Shown here piece after piece: positions 38,599-50,180 of a DNA stretch of 64,000 nt. The stretch is taken from positions 64,019-128,018 of the forward strand of contig CALLJL010000008.1 in NCBI GenBank assembly GCA_938092135.1, in the 5' to 3' direction. Position 1 is the stretch's first letter. Every line of letters begins with the position of its first letter. The position numbers and the translations under genes are program-made. The stretch comes from an uncultured bacterium (lineage in GTDB: Bacteria > Acidobacteriota > Aminicenantia > Aminicenantales > CALLJL01). The notes beneath the pieces are model-generated. The model was not told the DNA's origin. It saw nothing but the letters and a program-made list of their open reading frames with translations, and ran no database searches.

Positions 38599-41500
38599 TT
38601 AGAATCTGCGCCTAATTTTAAGATCGAAGCTGAGCCGGCCTAACTCATTTCTAATGCCGACGATTGACAATCCTGGCTTTAATTCCCATTCTATCCTAAC
38701 TATCTCCTCTCTCTGGGTTGTTAAGTTGGTGGAATAAATAATGAAAAGGTTTTCTGATATTTTTTTCCCTACAGTCAACCGGGCCGTCATTTCAGCTGAT
38801 GACCCCAGGACAAAGGGATCAATTCGCAGATGATCAAGGCTGAGAACTTTCTGGGCCCTTCTTCTAGCTTCCTCCATTATTTCTCCTGAAAGGAAAGAGG
38901 CCGTGCTCACCTGGGCAACCACGTCGGTCGAGGTAATTTTCTTGAAAGATTCGCCCAAAGCCAGGAGGGCAAGGATTTCCTCTGAAGCCAGCGGCGGTGA
39001 AGAGCTGAATTCTGGCTTCAACCGGTCAACAGGTCCGCTTAAGGAAAAGGTAACCCTGTAATCCTGAACATAGGTTTCACCCATCATTTCAAGGTAGGGG
39101 GGAGAAATCGCTGGATTGGCGAAAACAAGTTTCCCTTTCAAAAGACGAAAATTTCTTTCTTGAAAAGAGATTGAGCCATCCAAAGCTTCTATCTCGCCAA
39201 GAAGAAATGGCGCTTTAATTGAGCCGCTAAGCATAAGATCGAAGCGGCCTCTTATTCGTGCCAAGGAGTTTTCCACCCAAACCTGATCATCAGCTTTTAG
39301 GCGAATTGACAGATTTAATCCTTCAAGGAAAGATGGCCATGAGGTCTTTTCTTGATAGGCGGAAAAACTGAGTTTTTCAAAAAAATCCCGTCCCCAAAAA
39401 GCTTTTTTAATGGCAAACAGTCCTTCCAGGGTATAACGTTCTTGATTTTTGAACAAACGCAGCGAGGCATCAGTTAAAAAACGGCTCCGGTCAACGGGCG
39501 AAAGCACCAAATCTTGTCCATCAAGCTGAATGTTGGCCATTACCTTCCTGCCTGGACCAAGTTTAATTTCGCCAAAACCACTGATTTCACCGCCGCCTAA
39601 TTTGCCCCGAAAAGAACGGATAGAAAAAATCCGGTTATTAAGAAAAACAAGAAGGGAAAAATCGGTCAAAGGTTGGGGAAAACTGGGAAAAGGCAAAATT
39701 TTTCCCGTGGCTTCTAAAACACCAGTAATTTCTTCATCCTCCTTTTCTTTTTTGATTTCAAAAAGATAATTGAAATTGCCTATAGTTCCTTTCCAAGGAA
39801 TGATGGTCAGAAGATTGTCCCGGCCTTTACCTTGAACTGAATATTTGGGCTGATTAAAAGAAGAAAAAATTTGAATCTCAAAATTATCCTCTTTCTGATC
39901 GTTGGGAAATAACCTGGCTTCAAGCCCCTGACGGCCAATGAGGATATCGGCCAAGCCTTTGAGGAAGGGTTTCTTATATAAAAAAATCGAGAAATCATTA
40001 ATTTCAAAATTGCCCTTAACTCTTTCTTCCCCGAGAATTCCACCACCCTTAAGGTTAAAAGTCAATTGACCTTCTAGGCCCGAAATCAGTTTCTCAATCT
40101 GAAGATTATGGCCAGAAAAATCAACGGAATATATTTCCTTTGAAAGATCAAGACTAAGTTCTCCCGCAATCCTGCCTTTGGCCAGCTCGCCCTTGAATTC
40201 CTTTAAACTAAAGTTTCTCTCGCTATAATAAATCTGGCCAGAAGCTCGAGTTATTGATTGCCCCCAAAAAATCATTTCAGAACTTAGAAATTCGCCATTA
40301 ACTTTTGATTTTCCCCAGGAATCGATAGCTAATCGAAAGAACCCTTCAAAACTTCCCTTCAGAGGAAATCTTAGCTTCAGTCCGTCTAAGGCCTTGGACC
40401 AATCGCCATTTTTTATGGTGAAAAAGGCGGAAAGACCTAAGGAATCAATCTTAACTTCTGATTCGCCGGCCAGACCGGGATCTTTAAAGCTGAATCGACC
40501 ATAAAATAGATTGGAGGCAATCCGGAACTGGCCTGCGGCTTCCTTGACTTCGAAACGGCCAAAGCTAAAGGGACAGCCAGCAAAATTGACTTCAATTTCT
40601 GGAGATGAAGGATGGCCGACAATATTAACGCTGGCTTCAGCCTGACCTCTTACCAAAGGAAAATTCCATTCTTTCTTCAGAAGATTCTGTAAAAAAAGTC
40701 GGGTTGTGGCGACATCGGTAATCTCACTTGTTATGCCTATTTCCAGATTTTGGCCGAGGTTAATTCTGGCCTCAAGATCAAAGCGAGCAAAAAGGCCTAA
40801 GAACTCCCGAGCTGAAATCAATACCTTTTTCTGGGTATCCCAGATAACCCGATAATATCCCTGAAAGGGATAGCGGCCCTGATCAATCTTAAAATCTCTT
40901 TCTCTCAGTTCTCCCTCGACAATGAGCTCTCGGTTAGCCAGAAAAAATTTTCCCCATGAAGGGGATTTAACTGGCCAGGGGAGATTAAGCCCTTTGAGTA
41001 TCGGATCAAGGTAAAAATTGGCAAACCGCCCGGCTATTTTTCCTCTTTCCCAGGATATTGAAAATTCCTGATTCCTTCCATCGAGCTGAAGCGTCAAAGA
41101 TAGATCGCCCCTTATGCCCGGAGTCGTTTCCAACCAGCCTTTGGCCCTCCCAATAGAAAGGCCATTGAGCTTCAGATCAGAACTTCTAATTTCTCCTTGA
41201 TAGGACCATCGGCCGAGTCGACGGCTGATCTGCCCCTGACTATTAACCATTCCCTGCCAGGAAAAAGGAAGCTTAAGCCAGGCGTCAATGGCTTCCATAG
41301 GAAACAAGAAAATACCAGAAAGATTAATTTCAGGATTATTTAGATTTTTAATTGTTCCTTTAAGCTGCAAATAGCGATTGGCCTCGGACATTAAAAAACG
41401 TTTTACCTTTAATTCCTCCTTCCCCCCTTCAATCGCCATTTTAAGTTTGGCTGAAGACAGGATCTGTCGGTCGGATAAAGTTAGAGATGAATTCGAGGCC

Positions 41501-41994
41501 TCAGCTTCAAGATCAAAACCCTCTCCCCTTTTCTTCCAGCGAGCCTTAAATTCAGATGCCCAGAAAGAATGATTGTCTTCTTCCAAGAAAAGCTCAGCTT
41601 TTCTCACCAAAATCTGCTCGCAGAGAAAAGGAGATGGCAGTTTAAAAATTGGCTGTTTCTTTGCAGTTTCTACAAATTGATAATGAATAACAGGTTCTTC
41701 AATTATTAATTTGAGAGGTCGACGACGAAGAAAAGGTAAAAGTTTTGTTTCAATTTTCAGTTGCCTGGCCTTAAAGGAAGGATTTTCGGCCGTCAACTTA
41801 ATATCTTCAAAAATCAAGCGAGAGGGCCACAGGCTAAATTTGACCTGGGAATAGGTAAAATAAGAGCTTAATTTTATTTGTAATTGTTTTAGAAGATAAT
41901 TGCGAAGAAAAATTCCAGAAATTAAAATTATTCCCATGAGGAGAAGAAAGACAAACCATTTAAGAGTGTGGCGAAAAATCACTTTTGATCTCAT
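38599..41994 (-). CDS. tamB: TamB/AsmA-like protein (DUF490-type C-terminus)
   Basis: N-terminal TM anchor, long beta-rich body, SSSPPL..EEILALL.LG, LTVGK.IS, C-terminal RRRF. Confidence 0.85.
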   Translation of the reverse strand: MRSKVIFRHTLKWFVFLLLMGIILISGIFLRNYLLKQLQIKLSSYFTYSQVKFSLWPSRLIFEDIKLTAENPSFKARQLKIETKLLPFLRRRPLKLIIEEPVIHYQFVETAKKQPIFKLPSPFLCEQILVRKAELFLEEDNHSFWASEFKARWKKRGEGFDLEAEASNSSLTLSDRQILSSAKLKMAIEGGKEELKVKRFLMSEANRYLQLKGTIKNLNNPEINLSGIFLFPMEAIDAWLKLPFSWQGMVNSQGQISRRLGRWSYQGEIRSSDLKLNGLSIGRAKGWLETTPGIRGDLSLTLQLDGRNQEFSISWERGKIAGRFANFYLDPILKGLNLPWPVKSPSWGKFFLANRELIVEGELRERDFKIDQGRYPFQGYYRVIWDTQKKVLISAREFLGLFARFDLEARINLGQNLEIGITSEITDVATTRLFLQNLLKKEWNFPLVRGQAEASVNIVGHPSSPEIEVNFAGCPFSFGRFEVKEAAGQFRIASNLFYGRFSFKDPGLAGESEVKIDSLGLSAFFTIKNGDWSKALDGLKLRFPLKGSFEGFFRLAIDSWGKSKVNGEFLSSEMIFWGQSITRASGQIYYSERNFSLKEFKGELAKGRIAGELSLDLSKEIYSVDFSGHNLQIEKLISGLEGQLTFNLKGGGILGEERVKGNFEINDFSIFLYKKPFLKGLADILIGRQGLEARLFPNDQKEDNFEIQIFSSFNQPKYSVQGKGRDNLLTIIPWKGTIGNFNYLFEIKKEKEDEEITGVLEATGKILPFPSFPQPLTDFSLLVFLNNRIFSIRSFRGKLGGGEISGFGEIKLGPGRKVMANIQLDGQDLVLSPVDRSRFLTDASLRLFKNQERYTLEGLFAIKKAFWGRDFFEKLSFSAYQEKTSWPSFLEGLNLSIRLKADDQVWVENSLARIRGRFDLMLSGSIKAPFLLGEIEALDGSISFQERNFRLLKGKLVFANPAISPPYLEMMGETYVQDYRVTFSLSGPVDRLKPEFSSSPPLASEEILALLALGESFKKITSTDVVAQVSTASFLSGEIMEEARRRAQKVLSLDHLRIDPFVLGSSAEMTARLTVGKKISENLFIIYSTNLTTQREEIVRIEWELKPGLSIVGIRNELGRLSFDLKIRRRF

Positions 41995-42009
41995 GAGATT
42001 AAAAGCGAC

Positions 42010-42501
42010 TTACTCTAGAGTAAACAAAATTGTTCCTGTCTCGACCGTATCACCTGCTTTTACATTTAAGTTAGTTATCCGGCCATCCCTTGGAGCCCTA
42101 ATTTCATTTTGCATCTTCATCGCTTCCAGAATCAAGATAGGTTGTCCCTCTTTGACCTGACTTCCATTTTCCACTCGCACTGCTACAACTTTTCCGGGCA
42201 TGCTAATCTTCACCTCAACCTTCTTCCCAGCAGCTTTCTGATCTTTCGAAGAAACTGAAGAAATTCTTTTTTCGACTTGATATATTCTATCGCCAATAAT
42301 GACATTGTGGCCAACAGAATTGGATTGGACAAGGACATTATAAACACGGCCATTAATCATCAATAAAACTTCTTCTTCAGTGATAAAGGAAGCGGAAACT
42401 TCATAGGTTTTCCCCTCATGAGAGATAAGAATAGTATTTTCAGTCTGAGGCTCAAGACTGAGATTGTAACGTTTTCCCTTGAACCAGAAGCTCAGGTTCA
42501 T
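42010..42501 (-). CDS. Biotin carboxyl carrier subunit
   Basis: SMPGKV, LEAMKMQNEI biotinylation motif. Confidence 0.93.
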   Translation of the reverse strand: MNLSFWFKGKRYNLSLEPQTENTILISHEGKTYEVSASFITEEEVLLMINGRVYNVLVQSNSVGHNVIIGDRIYQVEKRISSVSSKDQKAAGKKVEVKISMPGKVVAVRVENGSQVKEGQPILILEAMKMQNEIRAPRDGRITNLNVKAGDTVETGTILFTLE

Positions 42502-42503
42502 TT

Positions 42504-44018
42504 TTAAAGCCGATTTTTAAAAAATTCAATTCGACCCATTAATTTCCAGGGATTACCCCTTGGCTTAGACAAACTAGCTCCTTGTTTTTTGGAATCATAA
42601 TAAGCCTTGACAGCCGCAGCCATAATAGCAACTAGATCTTCTCCGGGCACAGCAGGCGGTTCTTTTTCCAGACGCTCAAGGAAATGGGTAGTGTAATTCC
42701 CGGCTAGAAAATCAGGGTGATCCAGAATCCGGAGGAAAAAGGGAATAGTAGTTTTGATACCATAAATCTGATATTCCTGTAAGGCCCGACGCAATCTCAG
42801 GATCGCCTCTTCTCTAGTTCGGCCCCAGGCAATGAGCTTCGAAAGAAGAGCATCATATTCGATTGGTACTGTATACCCCTCAATAATCCCACTATCATCT
42901 CTAATTCCTGGACCGCCCGGTCGATGTAAATAAAGAATTTTTCCGGGAGAGGGGAGAAAATCCTGAAAGGGATCCTCGGCCATAATTCGGCATTCAATCG
43001 CCCACCCTTGAGGTCTGATTTCCTCCTGGGTAAAGGGAAGGGGTTTACCCTGGGCAATATCTATTTGGGCTCGAACAAGATCAATTCCGGTAACCATTTC
43101 CGTTATGGGATGCTCCACTTGAAGGCGGGCATTAACTTCAAGAAAATAAAAATTTTTATTTCTATCAACGATAAACTCAACGGTCCCGGCATTGCGGTAA
43201 TTGATACTTTTAGCTGCGGCCACAGCGATTTCACCCATCTTGCGCCTGGTCTCATCATCAATAAAAGGGGATGGTGTCTCTTCAAGGATTTTCTGGTAAC
43301 GACGCTGCATCGAGCATTCCCTTTCACCTAGATAAACTCCGTTACCATAATTATCGATCAATATTTGAATTTCAATGTGATGGGGTTCATCGATATATTT
43401 TTCGAGATAAATGGCCGGGTCACCGAAGCTTGCCTCGGCCTCCGAAGCGGCTAAATGAAAGGCGGATAAAAGCTCTTCTCGCTTCCGGACCAAACGAAGT
43501 CCCTTGCCTCCGCCGCCAGCTGAAGCCTTAAGAAGAAGGGGAAAACCTATCATTTCAGCCTGTTCAAAAAGCTCCTTTTCGTTTTTAACGGGCTCCAAAG
43601 TACCTGGAATTATGGGCACCCCGGCTTCTCTCATTTTCTGCCGGGAAATAGTTTTAAGCCCCAGAAGTTCCATGGGGCCAGAAGGTGGGCCGATGAAGAT
43701 GATGCCCTCTTCTTCGCAGCGCCGCACAAATTGATGATTTTCAGCCAGAAAACCATACCCAGGATGAATGGCGTCGGCTTGGCATTTTTTAGCTAGGGCG
43801 ATTATTTTTTCAATATTCAAATAACTTTCAGCGGGTAAAGCTTTGCCCAAGGGATAGGCTTCTTCGGCCAGACGGACATGGAGAGCCTGTCGGTCCACTT
43901 CAGAATAAACAGCCACAGGAGTAATTCCCATTTCCCTGCAGGTCCGTATCACTCTAACCGCAATCTCGCCTCGATTGGCAATAAGAATTTTTTTAATTTT
44001 CTTCATTGCCCTTCCCAA
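42504..44018 (-). CDS. accC: Biotin carboxylase subunit of an acyl-CoA carboxylase
   Basis: IANRGEIAVR, HPGYGFLAEN, GGGGKG, ERECSMQRR, EVNARLQVEH. Start may be ATG 44006. Confidence 0.93.
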   Translation of the reverse strand: MGRAMKKIKKILIANRGEIAVRVIRTCREMGITPVAVYSEVDRQALHVRLAEEAYPLGKALPAESYLNIEKIIALAKKCQADAIHPGYGFLAENHQFVRRCEEEGIIFIGPPSGPMELLGLKTISRQKMREAGVPIIPGTLEPVKNEKELFEQAEMIGFPLLLKASAGGGGKGLRLVRKREELLSAFHLAASEAEASFGDPAIYLEKYIDEPHHIEIQILIDNYGNGVYLGERECSMQRRYQKILEETPSPFIDDETRRKMGEIAVAAAKSINYRNAGTVEFIVDRNKNFYFLEVNARLQVEHPITEMVTGIDLVRAQIDIAQGKPLPFTQEEIRPQGWAIECRIMAEDPFQDFLPSPGKILYLHRPGGPGIRDDSGIIEGYTVPIEYDALLSKLIAWGRTREEAILRLRRALQEYQIYGIKTTIPFFLRILDHPDFLAGNYTTHFLERLEKEPPAVPGEDLVAIMAAAVKAYYDSKKQGASLSKPRGNPWKLMGRIEFFKNRL

Positions 44019-45569
44019 TCAGAGGGGAATATTACCATGTTTTTTGGGCGGATTCTTATCTTTTTTATTTTCCAGCATTCTTAAAGCCGCAATAAGTTTG
44101 GGTCGGGTAAATCGGGGTTCAATTACTTCATCTATATAGCCTTTTTCGCAGGCAATATAGGGATTGGCAAATTTTTCTCTGAATTCAGCGATTTTTAGGC
44201 GACGGAATTCATCAGGATTAGCTGAAGCGGCTATTTCTCTTTGATAAATGATTTTCACAGCGCCTTCAGGCCCCATGACCGCTATTTCAGCTGTGGGATA
44301 GGCATAATTGATATCAGCCCGGATATGTTTTGAGGCCATAACGCAATAGGCCCCTCCATAGGCTTTCCTGGTAATAACAGTGATTTTGGGAACAGTCGCT
44401 TCGGCGAAAGCATAAAGAAGTTTGGCCCCATGTCGGATAATGCCACCATGCTCCTGGGCAACCCCAGGAAGAAAGCCAGGCACATCCTCAAAGGTGATCA
44501 AAGGAATATTGAAGGCATCACAAAAGCGAACGAAGCGAGCCCCTTTCACTGAAGCATCAATATCCAGGGCACCAGCCAGATGCTCAGGCTGATTGGCCAC
44601 TATGCCCACCGCTTTGCCATCGAGACGGCCAAAACCGATAACAATATTGCGAGCAAAATCGGGCTGGACCTCGAAGAAATAATGATCGTCGAGAACCTCT
44701 TTGATGATACGGCGGATATCATAGGGCTGGTCAGGATCCTCGGGCACAAAATCATTCAGCTCGTCGCTTGTTCTGTCCCAGGGATCAGAGGTTTCCTTCT
44801 GAGGCGGATCCTCCAAATTATTGCTGGGAATGAAAGATAAAAGCTCCCTAATAATCCCCAGGGCTTCCTCTTCCGAATTGGCAGCAAAATGGGCCACCCC
44901 GCTGATGGAATTGTGCGTATCAGCCCCTCCTAGCTCTTCCATCGTTACCTTCTCATGAGTTACAGCTTCGATAACTTCAGGACCGGTGATAAACATATGG
45001 CTTGTCTCTCTCGTCATAATGATGAAATCAGTTAAAGCGGGTGAATAAACGGCGCCGCCAGCACAGGGACCGAGAATGGCTGAAATTTGGGGAATAACTC
45101 CTGAGGCGAGGACATTGCGCAAAAAGATGTCGGCATAGCCCCCTAAGCTAGCCACGCCTTCCTGAATCCTGGCGCCACCTGAATCATTAAGACCGATAAT
45201 CGGGGCACCGACTTTCATGGCGAGATCCATTATCTTGCAGATTTTGGCCGCGTTTGCCCCGCTCAGGGAGCCTCCGAAAACGGTAAAATCCTGGGCAAAA
45301 ACGAAAACTAAGCGACCATCTATTCGGCCGTATCCAGTGACTACCCCATCTCCGTAAATTCGTCTTTTCTCCATCCCAAAATCATAGCAATGGTGAACAA
45401 CGAGCTTGTCCATTTCTTCAAAGGTACCAGGGTCAAGAAGAAGATTGATTCTCTCTCGGGCAGTTAATTTCCCTGCTTTGTGTTGCCTTTCGATTCTTTC
45501 CTTACCACCCCCCTCCTCCGCCAATTTTATTTTTTCTCTCAATACTTCTATTTTTCGGCTAATAGCCAT
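44019..45569 (-). CDS. pccB: Acyl-CoA carboxyltransferase (PccB/MmdA family)
   Basis: [44 protein letters not shown]. Confidence 0.9.
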   Translation of the reverse strand: MAISRKIEVLREKIKLAEEGGGKERIERQHKAGKLTARERINLLLDPGTFEEMDKLVVHHCYDFGMEKRRIYGDGVVTGYGRIDGRLVFVFAQDFTVFGGSLSGANAAKICKIMDLAMKVGAPIIGLNDSGGARIQEGVASLGGYADIFLRNVLASGVIPQISAILGPCAGGAVYSPALTDFIIMTRETSHMFITGPEVIEAVTHEKVTMEELGGADTHNSISGVAHFAANSEEEALGIIRELLSFIPSNNLEDPPQKETSDPWDRTSDELNDFVPEDPDQPYDIRRIIKEVLDDHYFFEVQPDFARNIVIGFGRLDGKAVGIVANQPEHLAGALDIDASVKGARFVRFCDAFNIPLITFEDVPGFLPGVAQEHGGIIRHGAKLLYAFAEATVPKITVITRKAYGGAYCVMASKHIRADINYAYPTAEIAVMGPEGAVKIIYQREIAASANPDEFRRLKIAEFREKFANPYIACEKGYIDEVIEPRFTRPKLIAALRMLENKKDKNPPKKHGNIPL

Positions 45570-45609
45570 TTTTCCCCCAATTTATTTTTTCATTTTATTT
45601 TTATACCTT

Positions 45610-46254
45610 TTATTTTTTTACCTTGGCCCAATCCTGTAAAAATTTTTCCAAGCCGGCATCAGTTAAAGGATGGCGAATAAGTTTTTCCATGACAGCATAG
45701 GGAACGGTAACAATGTCAGCCCCCAGTAAAGCGGCTTCAACAACATGGACGGGATGGCGAACCGAGGCCACAATCACCTCGGACTCAAATCCATATTGAT
45801 TGAAAATCGTCAAAATCTGTTCGATGAGTTCCATGCCATAGTGAGAAATATCGTCGAGCCGACCAATAAAGGGACTGACAAAGGAAGCACCGGCTTTAGC
45901 CGCTAAAATAGCCTGAGATGGGGAAAAAATAAGAGTCATATTAACTTTTATGCCTTCAGAGCTTAAAATTTTGGTCGCTTTCAAGCCCTCAATTGTTACC
46001 GGAATTTTAACCACCACATTAGGCGCGATTGAAGCAAGCTCCTTGGCTTCGGCAACTATGGCCTCGCATTCTGAGGACACACATTCGACACTTACCGGTC
46101 CAGAAACAAGATGGCAAATTTCAGTGACCAATTCCTTAAACTCCCTCTTTTCTTTAGCAATTAAAGTGGGATTGGTAGTTACCCCGTCCAAAATCCCCCA
46201 GCTGGCCACTTCTTTTATTTCCTGCGGATTCGCCGTGTCCAGGAAAAACTTCAT
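45610..46254 (-). CDS. tal: Transaldolase (small TalC/FSA-type)
   Basis: FLDTAN, GVTTNP, VVKIP Schiff-base Lys. VSVE (Glu) and SPFIGR (Phe) favour transaldolase over FSA. Confidence 0.9.
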   Translation of the reverse strand: MKFFLDTANPQEIKEVASWGILDGVTTNPTLIAKEKREFKELVTEICHLVSGPVSVECVSSECEAIVAEAKELASIAPNVVVKIPVTIEGLKATKILSSEGIKVNMTLIFSPSQAILAAKAGASFVSPFIGRLDDISHYGMELIEQILTIFNQYGFESEVIVASVRHPVHVVEAALLGADIVTVPYAVMEKLIRHPLTDAGLEKFLQDWAKVKK

Positions 46255-46338
46255 TTCTTTTCCTCCTCTTTAATCAATTTTTCCTTAAAATAATTGATTT
46301 TTTAAATCTTTTCTCCTTAATGTCTTTTTCTTATATTC

Positions 46339-47103
46339 TTATCTCACTCTCAAAACCACATTGGAAAGGGTGCCAATGCCTTCAATCTGAACATCAACCC
46401 GATCGCCAGGATTCATCGGACCAACTCCAGCAGGTGTTCCTGTGGTGATTATATCCCCTGGATAGAGAGTCATTATCTTCGAAATGAAGCGAATTAATTG
46501 AGGAATCGAGAAAATCATCTGACTTGTGCTTGCTGATTGTTTTAGCTTGCCATTAAGGAAAGTTTTAATCATTAAATGAGCCGGGTCAACGTCTGTGGCA
46601 ATGCAGGGTCCACAGGGGGCAAAGGTATCAAAGGATTTAGCTCGGGTGAATTGGCCGTCTTTTAACTGGAGATCGCGGGCCGTAACATCATTGAAACAGG
46701 TATAGCCGAGAATTACCTCCCTAATATCTGAGGTTTCATCGAGTTCATGGACTTCTTTTTTAATAATAACCGCCAGCTCTCCTTCATAATCAATCCGATG
46801 GGCCATGCGGGGAAAAATAATAGCTTCATTGTGGCCGATGATAGCTGAAGGCGGTTTAAGAAAAATTAAAGGCTCTTCAGGAAGAGTTCGGCCCATTTCT
46901 TGGGCATGGTCTCGATAGTTAACGCCCACACCGATTATTTTTGTTGGCACGACGGGTGGCAATATTTTTACTCTTCCAATTGGAACACCAAAATTTTCAG
47001 CTTCCAGAGATTCGAAAACTGACCCCTTTAAAGGATAAAGAAGGTCTTCCTTAAGGATTCCATAATATTCCTTATTTTCCCAGAGGTAATGGTAAATTTT
47101 CAT
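46339..47103 (-). CDS. Fumarylacetoacetate hydrolase family protein
   Basis: GVNY..H, FLKP, DYEGEL, NDVTARD, KSFDTF.P.GP, GDII.TGTP.GV. Confidence 0.93.
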   Translation of the reverse strand: MKIYHYLWENKEYYGILKEDLLYPLKGSVFESLEAENFGVPIGRVKILPPVVPTKIIGVGVNYRDHAQEMGRTLPEEPLIFLKPPSAIIGHNEAIIFPRMAHRIDYEGELAVIIKKEVHELDETSDIREVILGYTCFNDVTARDLQLKDGQFTRAKSFDTFAPCGPCIATDVDPAHLMIKTFLNGKLKQSASTSQMIFSIPQLIRFISKIMTLYPGDIITTGTPAGVGPMNPGDRVDVQIEGIGTLSNVVLRVR

Positions 47104-48197
47104 GGGTAATAATTCCTAATCATACTAACCCTAATTTCAACGGGCTGGCTTTCATTGCCGGCTTGATCACAGGCAGTAATAGCATAATGATAACTTCTCC
47201 CCTTTTCAACTTTACGATCCTCATAACTTGTAACCATAATTGGCTCTGGCGTTAAAAGCTCAAAGGAAGTCTCTCCCTCTGTTCGTCGCCGGATAAGATA
47301 GCCAGCAACATCAGGGGCAGGGCTTGGCTCCCAGGTAATAACTATTCTATCTTCACCGGCAATCGCTATGACTCCTTTTGGTGAGGGAGGGGCAAAAATG
47401 TCCTTAATTTCTACTTCTATCTGTTCTGAAGCCTCACTTTCACGCTCAATGGAATCGACTAGCCTGATCGTCCTGACCAAATAATAATAAAATCTCCCAA
47501 AAATTATTTCCCTGTCCTCAAATTTTTTTTCGCTTAAGGGGTCTGAATTAAGGCGCTTCCAGGTAGAGGACTTTTCCTTTCGGTATATATTGTAATTTTC
47601 AGCCATCCTAGTCTCTGGCGTTTTGGAATCTTCAGAAGAGGATTCCCAGCGGAGCACAACTTTATCTTCCTGAAGCTCGGCCTTTAAATTCCGGGGAGGA
47701 AGGGGGGGCTCAACAGGAATAATAAAAACCGGCTTCGAAAAAGACGATTTCCGGCCTCTTTCATCTTTAAGCCGCAGCTCGAAAAAAAAGACTATCCGGC
47801 CTATTTTTTCAGATGGAACTGGAAATTCCCAGCTGGCTTCAAAGGACGCAGGTAAAGATAAGCTGGATTGATTTTCTTCAAGCTTTATTTCAGCCAAAAG
47901 CTTTTTTTCCCTTCGCCTTTCCTTGGCGAAATTATCCAAAGGCTCCTTTAGAACAGATTCAAGAGATGATTCAAATCCCCAGATTTCAACAGAAGGCCAC
48001 GCCCCCATGGCCACTCCGTTTTCATAAACAAGAGGAGTAATCCATCTTAAGACTATTTTTTTCCCCTGTTGATAAAGGCTAAGGGATTCGATTTTTTGAG
48101 GAATTAAAATAAGGGGGGGCTGAAGAGGGCCCTTAACTCCACAGGAATAGATCAAGAAAAAGATGAGAAAAAAAGCCAGACGGCTTATTTTATTCAT
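47100..48197 (-). CDS. Lipoprotein with fibronectin type III repeats and N-terminal CGVKGPL motif
   Basis: Lipobox YSC (Cys19); Fn3 patterns PP.NL.....V.L.W, YNIYR, Y.Y.I.A.D..GNES. Confidence 0.8.
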   Translation of the reverse strand: MNKISRLAFFLIFFLIYSCGVKGPLQPPLILIPQKIESLSLYQQGKKIVLRWITPLVYENGVAMGAWPSVEIWGFESSLESVLKEPLDNFAKERRREKKLLAEIKLEENQSSLSLPASFEASWEFPVPSEKIGRIVFFFELRLKDERGRKSSFSKPVFIIPVEPPLPPRNLKAELQEDKVVLRWESSSEDSKTPETRMAENYNIYRKEKSSTWKRLNSDPLSEKKFEDREIIFGRFYYYLVRTIRLVDSIERESEASEQIEVEIKDIFAPPSPKGVIAIAGEDRIVITWEPSPAPDVAGYLIRRRTEGETSFELLTPEPIMVTSYEDRKVEKGRSYHYAITACDQAGNESQPVEIRVSMIRNYYP

Positions 48198-49594
48198 TAA
48201 AGAATGAAACGCCGCAAATCCTGATTTTTGATAATATCCTGGAGCTGTTTTTGAACATAACTGCGGTCGATGATGATCCTCTTAGAGGAAATATTTGGCG
48301 CTTCAAAAGAAATCTCCTCCATGACCTTTTCCATCACTGTGTGAAGGCGGCGAGCCCCGATATTTTCATCTTCCTCATTTATCTTTTCCGCGATAGCAGC
48401 GATTTCTTCAATAGCATCGGGAGTAAAATCAACTTCGACGCCTTCGGTGGCTAATAAAGCTTTATATTGCTTGATGAGAGCATTTTCAGGTTCAGTGAGA
48501 ATACGAATGAAATCCTGTTTCGTCAGTGGAGTCAATTCCACTCTAATGGGAAATCGACCCTGAAGTTCAGGAATGAGATCGGAAGGCTTGGAAACATGAA
48601 AGGCACCTGCTCCAATAAACAAAATATGGTCTGTTCTAACCAGGCCATAACGGGTGCTTACAGTTGTTCCTTCGATTATGGGCAGAAGATCTCGCTGAAC
48701 TCCTTCCCGGCTCACATCAGGACCGAAACCCGATTCTCGCCCGGCAATTTTATCGATTTCATCAAGGAAAATAATTCCTGACTGTTCTACCCTTTCAATG
48801 GCCTGCTTGGCTACTTGATCCATATCGATTAACCTCTTCTGCTCTTCTTCCATCAAATATTCCCTAGCTTCATGGAGCTTGACTCTTCTTCGCTTTGATC
48901 GACCACCCAGAAATCCTGGGATAATTTCTTGAATCTGAATACCAATTTCTTCGTAGCCAGTATTGGAGAAAATTTCAAAGGGAGGAGAAATTTTCTCCTT
49001 CATTTCGAGCTCAACCATCCGCTCTTCAAGCAGCCCATCTCTTAACTGTCGCCTGAGCTTTTCTTTTGTTTCCTGAAAGCGAACCTGATCGCTATCGTAA
49101 TAAACATTATCTCGCCGTTTCGATGAGGGCAGTAGAAGCTCAAGAAGTTTCTCCTCTACATTCCTTTCAGCCTTTTCCCTTATTTCCTCTATCTTTTCCT
49201 GCCTAACCATGTCTACAGCAATACGGACGAGATCACGAATCATAGATTCAACATCACGGCCAACATAACCGACTTCAGTAAATTTGCTGGCCTCTATTTT
49301 AAGAAAAGGTGAGGAAGTCAATTTAGCCAGCCGGCGGGAAATTTCAGTTTTGCCCACCCCTGTTGGCCCAATCATGAGAATATTCTTGGGGGCAATCTCA
49401 TCAGCTAATTCAGGAGGGAGCTTGCGGCGACGATAGCGATTCCTTAAGGCGATAGCCACGGCCCTTTTGGCCGCCTGCTGGCCGATAATATATTTATCTA
49501 GCTCGGCAACTATTTCCTGAGGAGTAAGCTCCTCGTCACGACGCCAGGGTCCGGTCGAAATAGATTCATTTTTCTTGGGTAAAGTTAGGCGCAT
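48197..49594 (-). CDS. hslU: ATP-dependent protease ATPase subunit HslU
   Basis: [43 protein letters not shown]-terminal RFIL. Confidence 0.97.
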   Translation of the reverse strand: MRLTLPKKNESISTGPWRRDEELTPQEIVAELDKYIIGQQAAKRAVAIALRNRYRRRKLPPELADEIAPKNILMIGPTGVGKTEISRRLAKLTSSPFLKIEASKFTEVGYVGRDVESMIRDLVRIAVDMVRQEKIEEIREKAERNVEEKLLELLLPSSKRRDNVYYDSDQVRFQETKEKLRRQLRDGLLEERMVELEMKEKISPPFEIFSNTGYEEIGIQIQEIIPGFLGGRSKRRRVKLHEAREYLMEEEQKRLIDMDQVAKQAIERVEQSGIIFLDEIDKIAGRESGFGPDVSREGVQRDLLPIIEGTTVSTRYGLVRTDHILFIGAGAFHVSKPSDLIPELQGRFPIRVELTPLTKQDFIRILTEPENALIKQYKALLATEGVEVDFTPDAIEEIAAIAEKINEEDENIGARRLHTVMEKVMEEISFEAPNISSKRIIIDRSYVQKQLQDIIKNQDLRRFIL

Positions 49595-50125
49595 TTATTT
49601 CAGTTCCTCAACAATAATATTATCATTAGTATAAACACAAATTTCTGAGCTAATCCTTAAAGCCTCGAGAGCAATTTCCCGGGCAGAAAGATTGGTATGC
49701 TTGACCAAAGCCCGGGCGGCAGCAAGAGCATAGGGACCGCCAGTCCCAATAGCAATGATGCCATCATCGGGTTCAACTACATCTCCTGTGCCGCTGATCA
49801 GAAAGGAAGATTCTTTATCAGCGACAATAAGCAAAGCTTCAAGCTGACGCAAAGCTTTGTCCATCCGCCATTCCTTGGCCAGCTCAATCGCTGCTCGAGA
49901 TAGGTTGCCCCGATATTCCTCAAGCTTGCTTTCAAATCGGGAAAAGAGAGCGAAAGCGTCCGAGGTGGCACCTGCAAAGCCAGCCAGGACTTTATCTTTA
50001 TAGAGGCGTCGAATCTTGCGAGCAGAATGTTTAAGAATGGTCTGGCCAAGGGTAACTTGGCCATCCCCGGCCATGGCTATCTCCCCTTTATGGCGAACAC
50101 AAATTACTGTTGTGGCTTTAACCAT
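49595..50125 (-). CDS. hslV: ATP-dependent protease subunit HslV
   Basis: ATT N-terminal Thr, GDGQVT, GFAG, CVYTN. Confidence 0.97.
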   Translation of the reverse strand: MVKATTVICVRHKGEIAMAGDGQVTLGQTILKHSARKIRRLYKDKVLAGFAGATSDAFALFSRFESKLEEYRGNLSRAAIELAKEWRMDKALRQLEALLIVADKESSFLISGTGDVVEPDDGIIAIGTGGPYALAAARALVKHTNLSAREIALEALRISSEICVYTNDNIIVEELK

Positions 50126-50151
50126 AAGCGTTACACTTTCCTCTTATGGTT

Positions 50152-50180
50152 ATAATAAATCATATGGTCAAGGAATTCAA
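50152..50180 (-). promoter_or_regulatory. Probable sigma70 promoter for hslVU
   Basis: TTGAAT-17 bp-TATTAT, then a GAGGA RBS. Confidence 0.5.

Noticed and set aside
45610..46254. Fructose-6-phosphate aldolase call
   Set aside because: Diagnostic Glu (VSVE) and Phe (SPF) match transaldolase rather than the Gln/Tyr of FSA.
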